DNA of 64,000 nucleotides from Dictyostelium discoideum (Eukaryota): NCBI GenBank assembly GCA_000004695.1, contig CM000154.2, positions 2,592,001 to 2,656,000 of the forward strand, read 5' to 3'. Shown piece by piece: positions 22,760 to 39,993 of this stretch (position 1 is its first letter; each line of letters starts with the position of its first letter). The notes under the pieces were generated by a model. It saw only the letters and a program-made list of their open reading frames with translations, ran no database searches and was not told where the DNA came from. The position numbers and the translations under genes were made by a program.

Positions 22760-24285
22760 TTTTTTATTTTTAATTTTTTTATTTTATTTATTTAAATTTT
22801 TTGTTTTAAAAGTTATTTAATTTATTTTTGAGAATGAAAAAAAAAAAAAGTTTTAAAGTATTTATATTTTTTTTTTTAAAGTCTATTATTTTTATTTTAT
22901 TTTTTTAACCCATGGTTTAGATCTTTGTTCAAGTCAACACCAACACAGGTGTCAAAATGGAGTGTTATCTTTCACTCATTGCATTTTTTAGGGTTTGTGT
23001 TTTAATTGGCGAAAGTGTGAATCTTTATAATAAAAAAAAAAAAAAAAAAAAGAAAAAAAAATTTAAAAAACTGTTTATCAAAAAAAATAAAAATTTCTTC
23101 AAAACACCAAAAAATGCCAATCTTAAATTTAAAAAACTGTTTATCAAAAAAAATAAAAATATCTTCAAAACACCAAAAAAAAAAAAAAAAAAAAAATATA
23201 TAATTTTTTTGATAATAGATTTAAAAAAATAAATAATTAAAATAAAATTGAAAATAATTAGAGTATCACAAAGATTTTTTTTTTTTATTTTTTAAATATT
23301 GGTTCATTTGAAAAAGGATTAATACAAATTAAATTTTATTATTTTTTTTTAAAAAAAATTAAATATAAATGATTTACAACACTTTTATATTAGATCTAAA
23401 CTTATGTTTTTTATTATTATTATTATTTTTTAACACTTTTCAATCCTTTTTTTTTTTAATTTCCTTTTTTTTTTTTTCCAAAATTCAAAAATTCAAACCC
23501 TAGGTATTATTATTTGTTATATAATTATTAAAAATATTTTTATAAAATATATATTTTTAATAATTATATAACAAAAAATTAGATTAATTTTAGTTCAAAA
23601 GATGAAGCAACAATACTTCAAAAAGAATTAAATTACCAGATTATTTTTGATTGAAATTTATAAATCCTTTTTTGAAGTGTTTAGTGTTTGGAATATAAAC
23701 AATCAAATAAAGATTTATAATTTGAATATTCAATTATTTGTTAATTTAATTCTTTTTTTGAAATATTGTTGAGTCATCATTTCATCACCTCTACTAAAAA
23801 CAACAACAACAACAATAATAATATATAGTTGTAATAGTTCAACACCTCTATCAGCTACTAAGGTAATCTTTTCGATTCATCTCAACCAACAACACAATCA
23901 ATCATCCAAAAGTCTCCTTCACTGATAAACTTTGTGTACCTGGTTTATGATTAGGCCAAACTACACAACTCACTTCAAATAATCAATAATATTGATACTG
24001 GTGCTAACATGATTCATTAGTAGAATGCAATGTTGTGGGTTTCAATGTTCATCATGGCAGTGGAACTTTACAAACCCATAGAATTTCCTTTTCATTTAAA
24101 TCATTTTTAGAAAAAATATATAAAAAATAAATAATAAATAAAAACTCAACTATTTACTACTAGTTTATTATTGGGGATCATTTTCTTTTCACCATCCAAC
24201 AATTTTTTTTTAAGGATTTATTTTTAATTTTCAATAATTTGATAAGAATATAAATTGGTTTTTATATTCTGATAATTTTATTTTT

Positions 24286-24615
24286 TTATTCTGATTTATA
24301 AATTGGAATTAAAATTGAAGCAAAAAACATTAGAGAATAACTACCTTGATTACAAATTGGATTACCAACAGCATAACCTGGCTGAACAACTAAAGAATCA
24401 GTTTTGGTTGAAACATAACTACCTTCGAGAGCTTCTAAATTAATGTCAACTGTGAAATTTGCAACCTTGTTTTTGTTAATATCAGCTACAGCAATGTCGA
24501 AATAATGATGACCAAGATCTCCACAACTGTAATATGTTGAAAAGAATTTTGCAAAATGAGTTTTGACTGTGAAATTACCAAGATTATCACCATCATTGGT
24601 CATTACAAATTGCAT
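24286..24615 (-). pseudogene. Duplicated C-terminal fragment (109 codons) of the ricin-B lectin gene
   Basis: [93 protein letters not shown]...IPIYKSE aligns with the last 110 aa of 20450..22759. The 3' flank (gatttataaattggaattaaaattgaagca) is duplicated too. No upstream exons are present, and local micro-duplications ('ttgactgtgaaattacc' three times) follow. Confidence 0.6.
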
Positions 24616-24734
24616 TGGTACTCCTGTAAAAATTTTAATTGTTGACTGTGAAATTACCGATTATCAATCATTATCATCATCAAATAATAACGCCGTTCAA
24701 CTACTGATAATGAGTATCTGAAAGAGAACCTGAT

Positions 24735-28714
<3,980 letters not shown>

Positions 28715-29020
28715 TATATTAATGAATATATATATAAATAAATAATTATAAAAAAAATAAAAAATAAAATAAAAAAAAAAAATGAAAAAATAATTTCTTT
28801 CTTGTCAAAAAGTGAAAAAAAAAATAAAAAAAAAAATTAAAAAAAAAAATAAAATCATGTATTAAAAAAAAAAAAAGTTAAAAAAACAAAAAAATTGATA
28901 AAAACATCTGGTATTTAAAATTTTTTTCTTTTTTTTTTTTTTAAACGATTACTTAATTTTATTTAATATGAAACAAATAGAGCATTCAAAAATGGGGGGA
29001 TTTTTTTTTTGATATATTGA

Positions 29021-29051
<31 letters not shown>

Positions 29052-29151
29052 AATTTATTTTTAGAATTTAATTGTTTATCATTCATTTTTTTTTTTACAT
29101 TTTTCATATAATTTTATGGTATTTAATTTTTTTTTTTTTTAAATTAGCAAA

Positions 29152-29990
29152 TTATTTTTTTTTAAAATTATCAGAAACAATAAATGATTTTAAAGATTTT
29201 GGTAAAAATGATTCATTAATTGTATGAGAATAACGAGGACAATTTAATTCTAAATGTATTAATGATGATGGTAATACATTTTCATTAATTGGACAATTGA
29301 AAGAACTATTAATAGCTATTGAACCAAATATGAGATGTGTAATTGATGATGGTAAACTTCCACTTAATAAAATTTGATTAAATCTATTACCAAATATTAA
29401 AACTTTTATTGAATTTGGTAAAACACCAATTGGTATTTGAATGTTAAAATTATTACCAAATTCTAAATGTACTAAATTTAAAGGAAAACAATTAATTAAT
29501 AATTTTTGATTAAAAAATGGAGAAAATATTAATTTCTCTAAAGTAATAGGTAATGAGTTTGCAGAGACTGGTTTATTATAAACTTCACTAAAATTTAAAT
29601 ATTTTAATGAATTTGGTAATGAATTATTTGTGAATTCAGTACTACCAATTGGTGATTGAATTTGTTGATTGAAATAACCCAAATTTAAATATTTTAAATT
29701 TTTTGGGAAGAAACCTTCTTTAATAGTTTTATTAAAACCATGTTTATTTATTGAATTTAATGATAAAGATTTTAAACTATTCGGTAGTAATCCAACTTCA
29801 GGATTATCCAAACCTCTATCAATTCATTTTAATTCTGCCAATCCATCAGGTAATGAACCTTTTAAAAATTTAAATGATTCAACAAATACTCTAATATTTA
29901 AAGATTTTAAAGATTTTGGTAACATATGTTCATATATTGGATGTAACAAGTCCACATCAATATCTAATTTCTTTACAGAATTTGAAAGCT
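29152..29990 (-). CDS. FNIP-repeat protein (Dictyostelium-type FNIP leucine-rich repeats), 5' end unresolved
   Basis: Repeated 'LP.SLK.L.FG..FNQ.I..G.LP' units appear in the 219-aa ORF (29152..29811) and continue upstream in the same frame ('...MLPKSLKSLNIRVFVESFKFLKGSLPDGLAELK'). An in-frame TGA near 29822-29824 sits between the two parts. Confidence 0.45.
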
Positions 29991-30236
29991 TTCAAAAAAA
30001 TATTATTTTTTTTTTTTAGAGAAAAAAATAGAAAAAAATATGGAAATAATTATTTTAATTGTCGGCACTTGGCCCAGTTGTTTGGATTCTTTTTTTTTTT
30101 TATCAAAAAGTGGACCCAACCCACCAATATTTTATAAATAAAATTTAGAAAAAGGAGGAACTGAGATTGATTTAATTTTTTTTTTTTTTTTGAAAGATTT
30201 AAATTATTTATTTTTTTTTTTTTTTTTCATCGATTA

Positions 30237-30269
<33 letters not shown>

Positions 30270-32476
30270 TTAACAAATATGTTCCCATAAAATAGATAAA
30301 ACTGGTTGAGTTGGTGCAAGAGTTTCATAATCATTTGATTCATTTGGTGGAAGTGGTGTAGATTGATAGACACCATAAATTTTGAATTTTTCTAATTTAC
30401 CCAATTCATAATTACGTTCATAGATATTAAATCTACGACATTGATATCTTCCAAATTCTAAACGAAGACTATCTAAATAACCAACTGCTAAAAAGAAATT
30501 TCTTTTTCTTTGTCCAATTTTGAATAAATAATCTGGTACATCCTTATAATCTGTTTTCTCTAATGTAAATAAATCAATTCCTTTTTTTATTGAAAATTCT
30601 GCATCTGTAATAATCCATGCTGAATAATCTGGTGGTGATGGTGCAAACCTTTTATTAATAAATAAATGAAAAAAAAAAAATTAATAATTAATAATTTTAA
30701 TTTTAATTTTTTTTAAAAAAAAATAAAAAAACATACATTGCCCAATATTGATCAATTTTAACTAATTTTATTAGTGGTTGAAAAGGTGGTTCCCAAATAT
30801 TAGTATTTCTACCACTATCCATCATTAAAGTATAAATACAAACGTTATAATAAAACATATATGTTGCAACTAAAATGAAAAATAAATTTCTTAAATGTTG
30901 TCTATATTTAAATTTGGTTGGTTTTGGTGTATTATTACAATTATTATTATTATTATTACTATTACTATTTAATTTATAACTTGGTAATTTTAATTTTTCA
31001 TATTTATTATTTTGATTATTATTATTAAAGTTAATAATAAAAGAAAATAATAATTTATATAATTTATCAGAAATTAATTTTGAAAAAAGTTTGAAAACAA
31101 TTGAATGTTGAAATAAGAATTTAATTGATTTCTCTTCATCATAAATTTGACCTTTAAAATAAATTGAAACACTATCAACATAAAACATTGAATGACTATC
31201 CATAATTTCCAATTCCTCTTGTTCATCATCCCCTTTTTGATTACCATTGCCACTACCACCTAAATTATTATTTGATTTAATTTTATAATTTTGACCAACC
31301 AAGAAAAATGTTGAATAAATTTTTAAAAATAGTTGTAGTGATTGTGAAGTATTTGAATTATAATTAATTGTAATTAAATCTTTCTTTTCAATATAACTAT
31401 ATCTAATGAATGTCCAAACATCACTTGGTAAGAATGCCATACAAACAACCATTGGTATGAAAACGAATAAATATAAATTTAAACATACTCCAAAACCAAT
31501 ATGCATTCCAATAAATCCCAATATTGATATAATTCTACAAGCTGTATTATAAAATGGTGATATTAATAATAATGGTCCAACATATTCAAATATTAATGTA
31601 CCCTATTATCAAAATAATAATATTTTTATATTAGTTGATTTTATAATTTTTATTAATAATAAAAAACAATAGAAAAATAATAATAATAATAATTACTCTT
31701 GTTAAAAATATTAAAAATCTTGGAAATTGTAAAAAGAATTCAGCTAAACCATGTCTAAATTGAAGTAAATTTAAAGCATAATAAACTGCTGTATAATCTA
31801 CATGCCATGTATCTGCACTTTTAAATAATGCAGTAAAAATATAAATATTCATAAATTGTAATATGAATGCTATACCAGAACCTGAAATAAATGTATAGTA
31901 ATTTTTAATTTTATTTGAAATATTATCACCAATATTACTATTACTATTATTATTATTATTTTGAAGTTGTTGTTCTTTTAAAATTGAATCAATTGAAAAA
32001 TATTTATTTATTGGTAAAAATATTGTATAAAATAATAAAATTCTTGAATAATCATCACTACCATCAATTAGAAAATGATTTCTATTTTGAAGTGAACTTA
32101 AAAATATGAACGAAAGTATAGTTGAAAAACGAGTTTTATAACCAATTAACATTGAAAAATAAATACAACCATGTATAAAGAAAATTACAACTGCAAATTC
32201 AAATGATCCACTAATTTGGTGAAGTGAATATCTCTCTTCTTGAATAGCTGATGATCTTGGATATGATCCATAGTCTGTATAAAATTCGGTTAAATTTTGA
32301 CATCTTAATATTAAATCAACCAATAAATAAATTGAAAATAAAACTCTATATAATGATAAACTTTTATAATCTAAATAAAACCCATCTTTAATTTTTTCAA
32401 TTAATTTACCACTAATAATTGATTTTTTATTATTATTATTAATATTAATATTATTATTATTACTATATCTCATCAT
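30270..32476 (-). CDS. HTTM-domain (vitamin-K-dependent gamma-carboxylase-like) polytopic membrane protein. It has three exons: 32476..31697, 31602..30737 and 30648..30270.
   Basis: Intron 1 (31696..31603) runs GTAATT...ATAG. Intron 2 (30736..30649) runs GTATGT...AAAAG. Splicing creates '...DQYWAM|FAPSPPDYSAW...' (HTTM W.MFAP.P signature). Exon 1 carries the HTTM N-terminal pattern (LYRVLFSIYLLVDL..., ...NRNHFLIDGSDDYSRILLFYTIFLP). Confidence 0.55.
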
Positions 32477-32763
32477 TATTAAAATTATATTTTTATCATT
32501 TGATTTATATTATTATAATATATCTTTTTTTATATAAACATATATATATATATATTCTGGAAATTAAAAGAAGGAAAAAAAAAAACAATTAAAAATAAAA
32601 ATAGTGTTTTAAAACAAAAAAGAAAATTAAAATTAAAATGATAATTCAAAAGAAAAATAAAAAAAAATAAAAAAAAAAAAAGCTATCTTTTTTCACAACC
32701 CAACTGAAATCTTTTCGACCAGCCCGGAATCAGTTAAACTCGCGTGGATTTCAAAAAACAGAA

Positions 32764-32804
<41 letters not shown>

Positions 32805-33143
32805 ATTTTTTAAAATAATAAACATAAAAAATAATACAAGACTTAAATTAAAATAAATCAAAGATATATTTTGAGAGAAATTTAAATTTGGGATAAAAAA
32901 AATTAAAAAAAAATAAGAATTCTAAAATTTAAGTGAAAAAATGAATAATTAAAAATAAAAAATATCTCAAAAAAAAAAAAAAAAAATTATTTTTAATTTT
33001 TTAATTTTTATTTTTTTTATTTTTTTTATTTTAAATTTTTTATTTTTAATTTTTTTTTTTTTTTTTTCTAATTTTTTCACTCTTTTCGTTATCAGTTGTT
33101 TGATTAACTAGTTATCAGAATTGAATTTTACAATTCCCCCCCC

Positions 33144-33198
<55 letters not shown>

Positions 33199-33514
33199 AA
33201 CAACAATAACTCAACAACCACAGGTGGATTTTAAAAATAGATTTATCAGTTGTGAGTTAAAAATAAAACAAATCAATTGTTTTATTATAATTCCACCAAA
33301 ACACACCCACCAAAAAAAAAAAAAAAAGTTGAAAATAATAAATAAAAAAACTAAGATCGTAAATTAATAGTTATTTTATTTTTTTATTTTACAACCAATT
33401 AAAAAAAAAAAAAAAAAAAAAATTTTATTCTTAATAAAAATAAAAAATAATTGTAAAATAAAATTGTATTAATATATATATAAAAATAAATAAAATATAA
33501 ATAAATAAAAGAAA

Positions 33515-36500
33515 ATGGAAGGTGTGGAAGATGATTTATCAAAATTATTAGAAGAATTATCATCAGGTGTTGTTTTAAATAATATTCAAGAGAAATTGAA
33601 TCAATCATCACCAAAGTTACAAAGTTTTATTGATGATGAAACTGGAAGTAATGCAGAAGATGTTAGAAGAGTGTTAGATGCAGCAACAGATACAGAGTCA
33701 AACTATGGTGGTGGAGCCAACTCAATTACAAATACACCAAATTTTAATTCTCATAGGGGACATCAACATCTTCAGCTTCATACAGAGTTATCATTAGATG
33801 CACTTAGACCAGTATCAGAGAATTCACCATTACACAAAAGTGCAACAAGACCAATCTCAACTTCTATTAGATTACCAAGATTAAGTGTTTGTGAGGATGA
33901 TAGTTCATCATCTTCTTCTTCATCCGATGGTGACTCTAATAGCTCATCAGATTCATCTGATAATTCATCAGAACAATCAGATGATGATGATGTTCATCTT
34001 CATCTTCATCTTCATCGTCATCATAGAAAAGTGAAAGAAGATGAAGGAGATTCATTTGAATCATCATCAGAATCATCAGAACAATATGGATCTCCAAGTA
34101 CTTTAAGAAGACAAGAAGCTTTAAAACTTGAAAAAATAATGCAAATTCAAGAGAAAAAGAAATTATTAAAAGAGAAATTAAAAGAACAAGATGAATTAGA
34201 ATTAAAAGAAAAACAAGAATTAAATGAAATTACAGTTCAAAAAGAAATAAAATTAAAAGATAAGTCAAATTCAGTTCAAAATGATATTGTTGATAGTGAT
34301 AATAATAATAATAATAATAATAATAATTCAATAACAATTGAAGAACAACAACAAGAAAAACAACAACAACAACAACAACACCACCACCACCATTCAACAC
34401 CAAATAAACCACCAAAATCTAGATCAGTTTCAATATCTACACCAGATTCAAATATTGTTGTTGCAGGTGGCAATGTAATTAGTAAAGAGAGAAAGAGATC
34501 AATTTTAGCATCATTTGAAGAGGGTTCACCAATGAGATCATCTTCAAGATTACCATCATCTAGAGGTGGTTCAATTAAAATCAAAGTTTCAAAGGTTTTA
34601 GAAGAAGAAATGCAACTTCAACAAGAATTTGAAAAACAAGAACAACTTAGACACTCTGCTAGATTAAGTCAATTAATTAGAGATTTAAATATGTCTTCAA
34701 ATTTACAAGATCAACAAGATCAACAATTAAGAAAAAATGAAAATAGTAATAACAACGAGGGTGATGATAACAATGAAAATGTTTCAAATGATAATAGTAG
34801 TGATAATGAAAATCAAAATATTAATGGTTCAATTTTAATTAAAGAAGAACAACAAGAAAAGATAGAAATAACTACAACCATAACAACTGTAATAACACCA
34901 CCACCACCAGCACAAGAACCACAACACCAACAACAACCAAAAATATTAACACCAGAAGAAGTAGAAGAAGAAAGAATTAGAGTATTAAGAATTGAAAGAA
35001 TGAAAGATCAAGTATTTTCACAATTGGATGAATTAGAGGATCCATTATATTCAAATGGAAGTAGACAACGTAATGGTGGTGGTGGTGGCGCATCAACAAG
35101 TGCAGAACCATCAATGATGCAAATTCCATTGACAAGATTAGAGGATACTGCATCATCATCATCATCACCAACATTACAAGCAACCAAAACAACTACAACC
35201 ACTACAACTACAACCACTACAACCACAACAGCAACATTACCAATAAATAATAAAAATTTAAATATTCAAGGTAGACCAAGAAAAGATTCAATTTCAGATC
35301 ATTGGGATATTGGTAGAAAAGAACAACCACGTCGTTCAATGACATTGAATATTCAAAGAGTTGGTGAGGACTTTTCAGTAAAGAAAGCAGAGGCAAAGAA
35401 AGTTAATCCTGATCTTGAAAAGATATTGGTACACATTTCATTGGTTGATCAATCTCACAAGGTTATTTGTATCACAGAGGATTTTACAGTTAAAGATGTT
35501 ATCGACCTCTTTTCCGAGAAATTAGGGTTAGTTCAAACTGAATTCTTTTCATTGGCAGAGGTTACATCGGATGGCTATGATAGATGGTTGGATCCAAATA
35601 GAGCGGTTAAAGAAGCTGGTATTAAAAACCTATCAAAGTTAACATTTAAAATCAAATATTTCAAACAACCAAAGAAGCTATCTGATAGTAAAGCAGTTCA
35701 TTTATACTATTTACAAATTCAACAATCCGTTGTAAATGGTACATACCCATGTTCAGAGGCAATGTCCTACAGATTAAGTGCACTTCAATTCTACATTACA
35801 TTTGGTGCATTCGATAAGGATAAACATATAGCAGGCTTCCTTGATCATGGTTCATTATCAGAGTTTATACCTTCAAACTTTTTCTTTGAACTCACTGATG
35901 AGGTCATTCAAAAACGTCTTTTCCATTTACATTCTCAAATTAAATGTAGTTCAAGTATTGAAGCAAAACTTAGATATTTAGATTTGGCAAATAAAATTCC
36001 AACCTTTGGTGTCACATCTTTCCAAGTTTTCGATGGTATTCGTGAATCATCAATCGTTAGACAAAAACGACATCTTTGTGTAGCTGAAGATGGTATCTTA
36101 ATCTCTAGAAAAGATAGAGCAGGTTATGATTTCTTTAGTTATAAAGAAATTATATCTTATCAAGTTACAACTAGAGGTTTAAAAATTCAAATTCCACATT
36201 CTTCAATAACTCCAAATGTAAATATATTTTTAAATCAAATAGTAACAAATAGTAATGTTACTAACATATTAATATTATTTTTATTATTTATTATTACTCT
36301 TATTATAGACATCAGAAACAATGAGTTTTGATACATCATCATATGATCAATCGAATAATATTATAGATTTAATGATGGGATATAAATATTTCATTCAACA
36401 TGATGAATTTATAAGAGGTATTGGTGCACCAGTTGAACAAGTTGATTTAAATATTTCTTTATTGTTACCATTATTTCAACCACCAAAAATTAGAACAAAG

Positions 36501-36782
36501 AGTGATCCACTTCGTAGTCGTTTAGAGTTATTCAAATTGAATTATCTTGGACTCTGTCAAAATTTCCATACAAAACCAATCTCAAAATTAATTGATCAAA
36601 TTGATTACATTCTAGATAAAGAAGGTTCATTTAGAAATCGTTTAGCATTTGAAAAAGTTGAATTACCATCTTTAAATTTAAGAGGTTCTGATTTATCTTT
36701 TATTGCTGATGCTTTAAAAGATACTTTAAATTTAATGTAATTATTATTATTATTTTTATTAGTGGTTAATTTACTTTATTAA

Positions 36783-36822
<40 letters not shown>

Positions 36823-37057
36823 TAGAATTGAAGAAGGTGAAAGTATTGTTGAAAATTTAAATATTTTATCATTAGATTTATCAAATAATCCATTATTGGC
36901 AACTGATGCATTTGAACCATTAAAAATTATTATGACTTGTAATACAATTATTCACTTAAATTTAAAGAATATAGGTTTATCAAATAAAGGTGTTATGGTA
37001 TGTATAATAATTTTTAATAATTTAATAATTTTTATTTTAATAAATTAAATATTAATT

Positions 37058-37152
<95 letters not shown>

Positions 37153-37736
37153 CCCCCTTAAAAAAATTTTTTAAAAAATTCCCAAATTTTAAAATTTTTA
37201 AATTTGGAAAAAAAAAATTTAAAAAACCGGGGGCCAAATTTTTTTTAAAAAAATTAAAAATTTTTTTGGGAAAATTTAAACCCTTTTTTTTTAAAAAACC
37301 CCTTTTCCCCCTTCCGGGGGGTTTATTTTTTTGAAAAATTTTTTCCAAAAAAAAAACCCCAAAAAATTTTAAATTTTTTAAAAAATTTTTCCCCAAAAAA
37401 GGGTTCCCCCCTTTTTTTCAAGGGTTTAAAAAAAAAATTTTTTTTTTTAAAAAACCCCCAAAAGGGGGGGAAAAAACCCCAANNNNNNNNNNNNNNNNNN
37501 NNNNNNNNNNNNNNNNNNNNNNNNNNNNNNNNNNNNNNNNNNNNNNNNNNNNNNNNNNNNNNNNNNNNNNNNNNNNNNNNNNTTTAAAATTTTTTTGCCC
37601 TTTGAAAAAGTTGAATCCCCTCTTTTAAATTTAAAGGGTTTGGATTATTTTTTAAAGGGGAAGGCTTTAAAAAAACCTTTAAATTTAAGGGAAAAATAAT
37701 AATTTTTTTTAAAGGGGGGAAATTCCCTTAAAAACC

Positions 37737-37774
<38 letters not shown>

Positions 37775-38010
37775 TAAAAATTAAAAAAGGGAAAAGATTT
37801 TTTAAAAATTTAAAATTTTTTCCCTTGATTTTTCCAAAAAACCCCTTTTGGCCCCTTAAGCCTTTTGACCCCTTAAAAATTTTTTTGCCTTTTAAACCAA
37901 TTTTCCCCTTAAATTTAAAAAAATAGGGTTTTCCAAAAAAAGGGGTAAGGGAAGGGAAAAAAATTTTTAAAAATTTAAAAATTTTTTTTTTAAAAAATAA
38001 AAAATAAAGG

Positions 38011-38088
<78 letters not shown>

Positions 38089-39367
38089 AAATAATAATAA
38101 TAATAGCCGTTAGTAACAATTATTGAAAAATATCCAAATATTGAAACATTACAAATTGGTAAGAATAGAGTTAATGAATCAGGTGTCAGAGTTATTTTAA
38201 GAGCAATTAAGAATTTTAATGTAAAGATTGAAACACTTGGATTTGAAGAAACCAATTTAACCGATTCAGGTTGTTTAATTATTGATAAACTTTTATCAAA
38301 TAATAAAACCATAAAGAATTTAAATATTTCTAAAAATCTTATCACTGAAGAAGGTTTTCATCATATATTCGAAGGTATTAAAAGAAATAGTCTTAGTTTA
38401 CAAGATCTCAATATAAGTGGTAATAAAATCAATAGTAAACTTATGATTAAATTCATTAAATGGTTAGCTTCAAGTGAAACTTCAATCATAACTTTAAATA
38501 TTGCTAAAACTGGTTTAGAATCTTCATTTGGTGCTGAACTCCAAAAATTCTTGGTTGGTAATAGTTGTCATATTAAATCTTTGGATACTTCTTATAATGA
38601 TTTGGGTACTTCTGGTACTAAAAATGTTATCAAAGGTATTATCAATAATCAAACCATTACAGAGTTATCACTTTGTGCTAATAAAATTAGTTCAAGTGGT
38701 TGTAATGATTTATGTCAATCTTTGGAATTAGCTTCTGCAACTTGTTCAAAATTATATTTACGTCATTGTGGTTTAGGTTCAAGTTCATTAGTTAGAATTG
38801 CAAATATGTTAGAACTAAATAAAACTATTACAACTTTAGATTTATCAATGAATGAATTTTCTGTAAGTAAAAAAAAAAATAAAAAAATAATAATAAAAAT
38901 AATTAATAATAATTAATATTAATCATTATTTATTTATTTATTTATTTTTTAAAAAGAAATCTTCATCAAGTGCAATTGGAACAATGTTAGAAAAAAATGA
39001 AACACTTCAAGAGTTTTATTTAGCAGATTCAAGTTTAGGTGCAAGAGAAGTTGAATCTATTTTGAATGGTTTAAAGAATAATTCAACAATTAAAAAAATA
39101 TTTTTAGATACCAATCCGATTGGTAAAAAAGGTATTTCATCACTTGCAAATATGTTAAATACAAATACAGGATTGGAAGTAATAACATTAAGACACACAA
39201 ACTTAAATGGAAAAGATATTTTAGAATTATTAAAACAATTATCTACAAATATCCCAATTAAAATCATTAATTTAACTGAAAATACTTTAGATAAAATCAC
39301 TCCACAAATTAAAAATGCAATTAATGATCAAATTAAAAGACTTCATACAATCAATATTCAATATTAA
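33515..39367 (+). CDS. FERM-domain plus RNI-type leucine-rich-repeat protein. It has at least five exons, and the middle intron is disrupted by an assembly gap.
   Basis: The exons are 33515..36217, 36309..36736, 36826..36997, 38107..38862 and 38957..39367. The introns are GTAAAT...TATAG (36218-36308), GTAATT...TTTTAG (36737-36825), GTATGT...[artifact]...AATAG (36998-38106) and GTAAGT...AAAAAG (38863-38956). FERM lobes appear from KILVHISLVDQSHKVICITEDFTVKDVIDLF through HLYYLQIQQSVVNGTYP and RHLCVAEDGILI. The LRRs read '...TNLTDSGCLIIDKLLSNNKTIKNLNISKNLITEEG...' (ribonuclease-inhibitor type). The N-terminus is Ser/Asp/Gln-rich. Confidence 0.6.
37040..38050. other. Low-quality, homopolymer-stuttered sequence: a degenerate copy of 36640..37010 with inflated base runs, flanking the N gap
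   Basis: For example, 37593-37700 'gccctttgaaaaagttgaatcccctcttttaaatttaaagggtttggatt...' tracks 36640-36740 'gcatttgaaaaagttgaattaccatctttaaatttaagaggttctgattt...'. Runs such as 'cccccc', 'gggggg' and 'ggggccggg' are foreign to this genome's composition. Confidence 0.65.
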
Positions 39368-39993
39368 TTTTTTTAAAATTAATAATTACACACACATATA
39401 TAAAATTTAAATATATAAAAATATAAACGTATACAAATATAATAATAAATATAATAAATAATAAACTATATTTTTTATTTTTTATTTTTTTTATAAAATA
39501 ATCCAGATTTAACTCATTTATTTTTTTAATTTAAATTAAATTTTATCCCACTTTTTTTTAAAAAAAAAAATTGAAATAAATATAAAAAAAAAAAAAAAAA
39601 TAAAAATAAAATAGGAAAAGAAATGATTTTTTTTTTTTTATAAAAAGAACCAGATATGTGTTTTATTTTGAATAGATCTTGAATAACTTGAGAGAGGATG
39701 TGTTGGCGAAAACAAGAAGCACCACGAGTAGGTCCATCCACTTTGCTTCTCAAAAATTAATTAGTTAAAATATTTAAATTGTAAACTTTAATTTTAAAAT
39801 CTTTTTGAAAATAGAGATGGTTGGAAATAAATAAATAAATAAATAAATTAATAAATCTAAAAAATGGGAGCAAGAAGAAAATGGGAAATCTATTTCTATA
39901 ATATGGCGACACGCTGCAAGCTTTTTCACTTCCTTTAATTTCTTTTTTCTTTTTTTTTTTTTTTTTTCTTTTGTTAAAAACTTTTAAAAAATA

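Noticed and set aside
31074-31259. 61-aa ORF inside the HTTM gene region
   Set aside because: It is an alternative frame of a well-supported exon.
37052-38345. ORFs over the homopolymer-stuttered block
   Set aside because: The sequence itself is an artifact.
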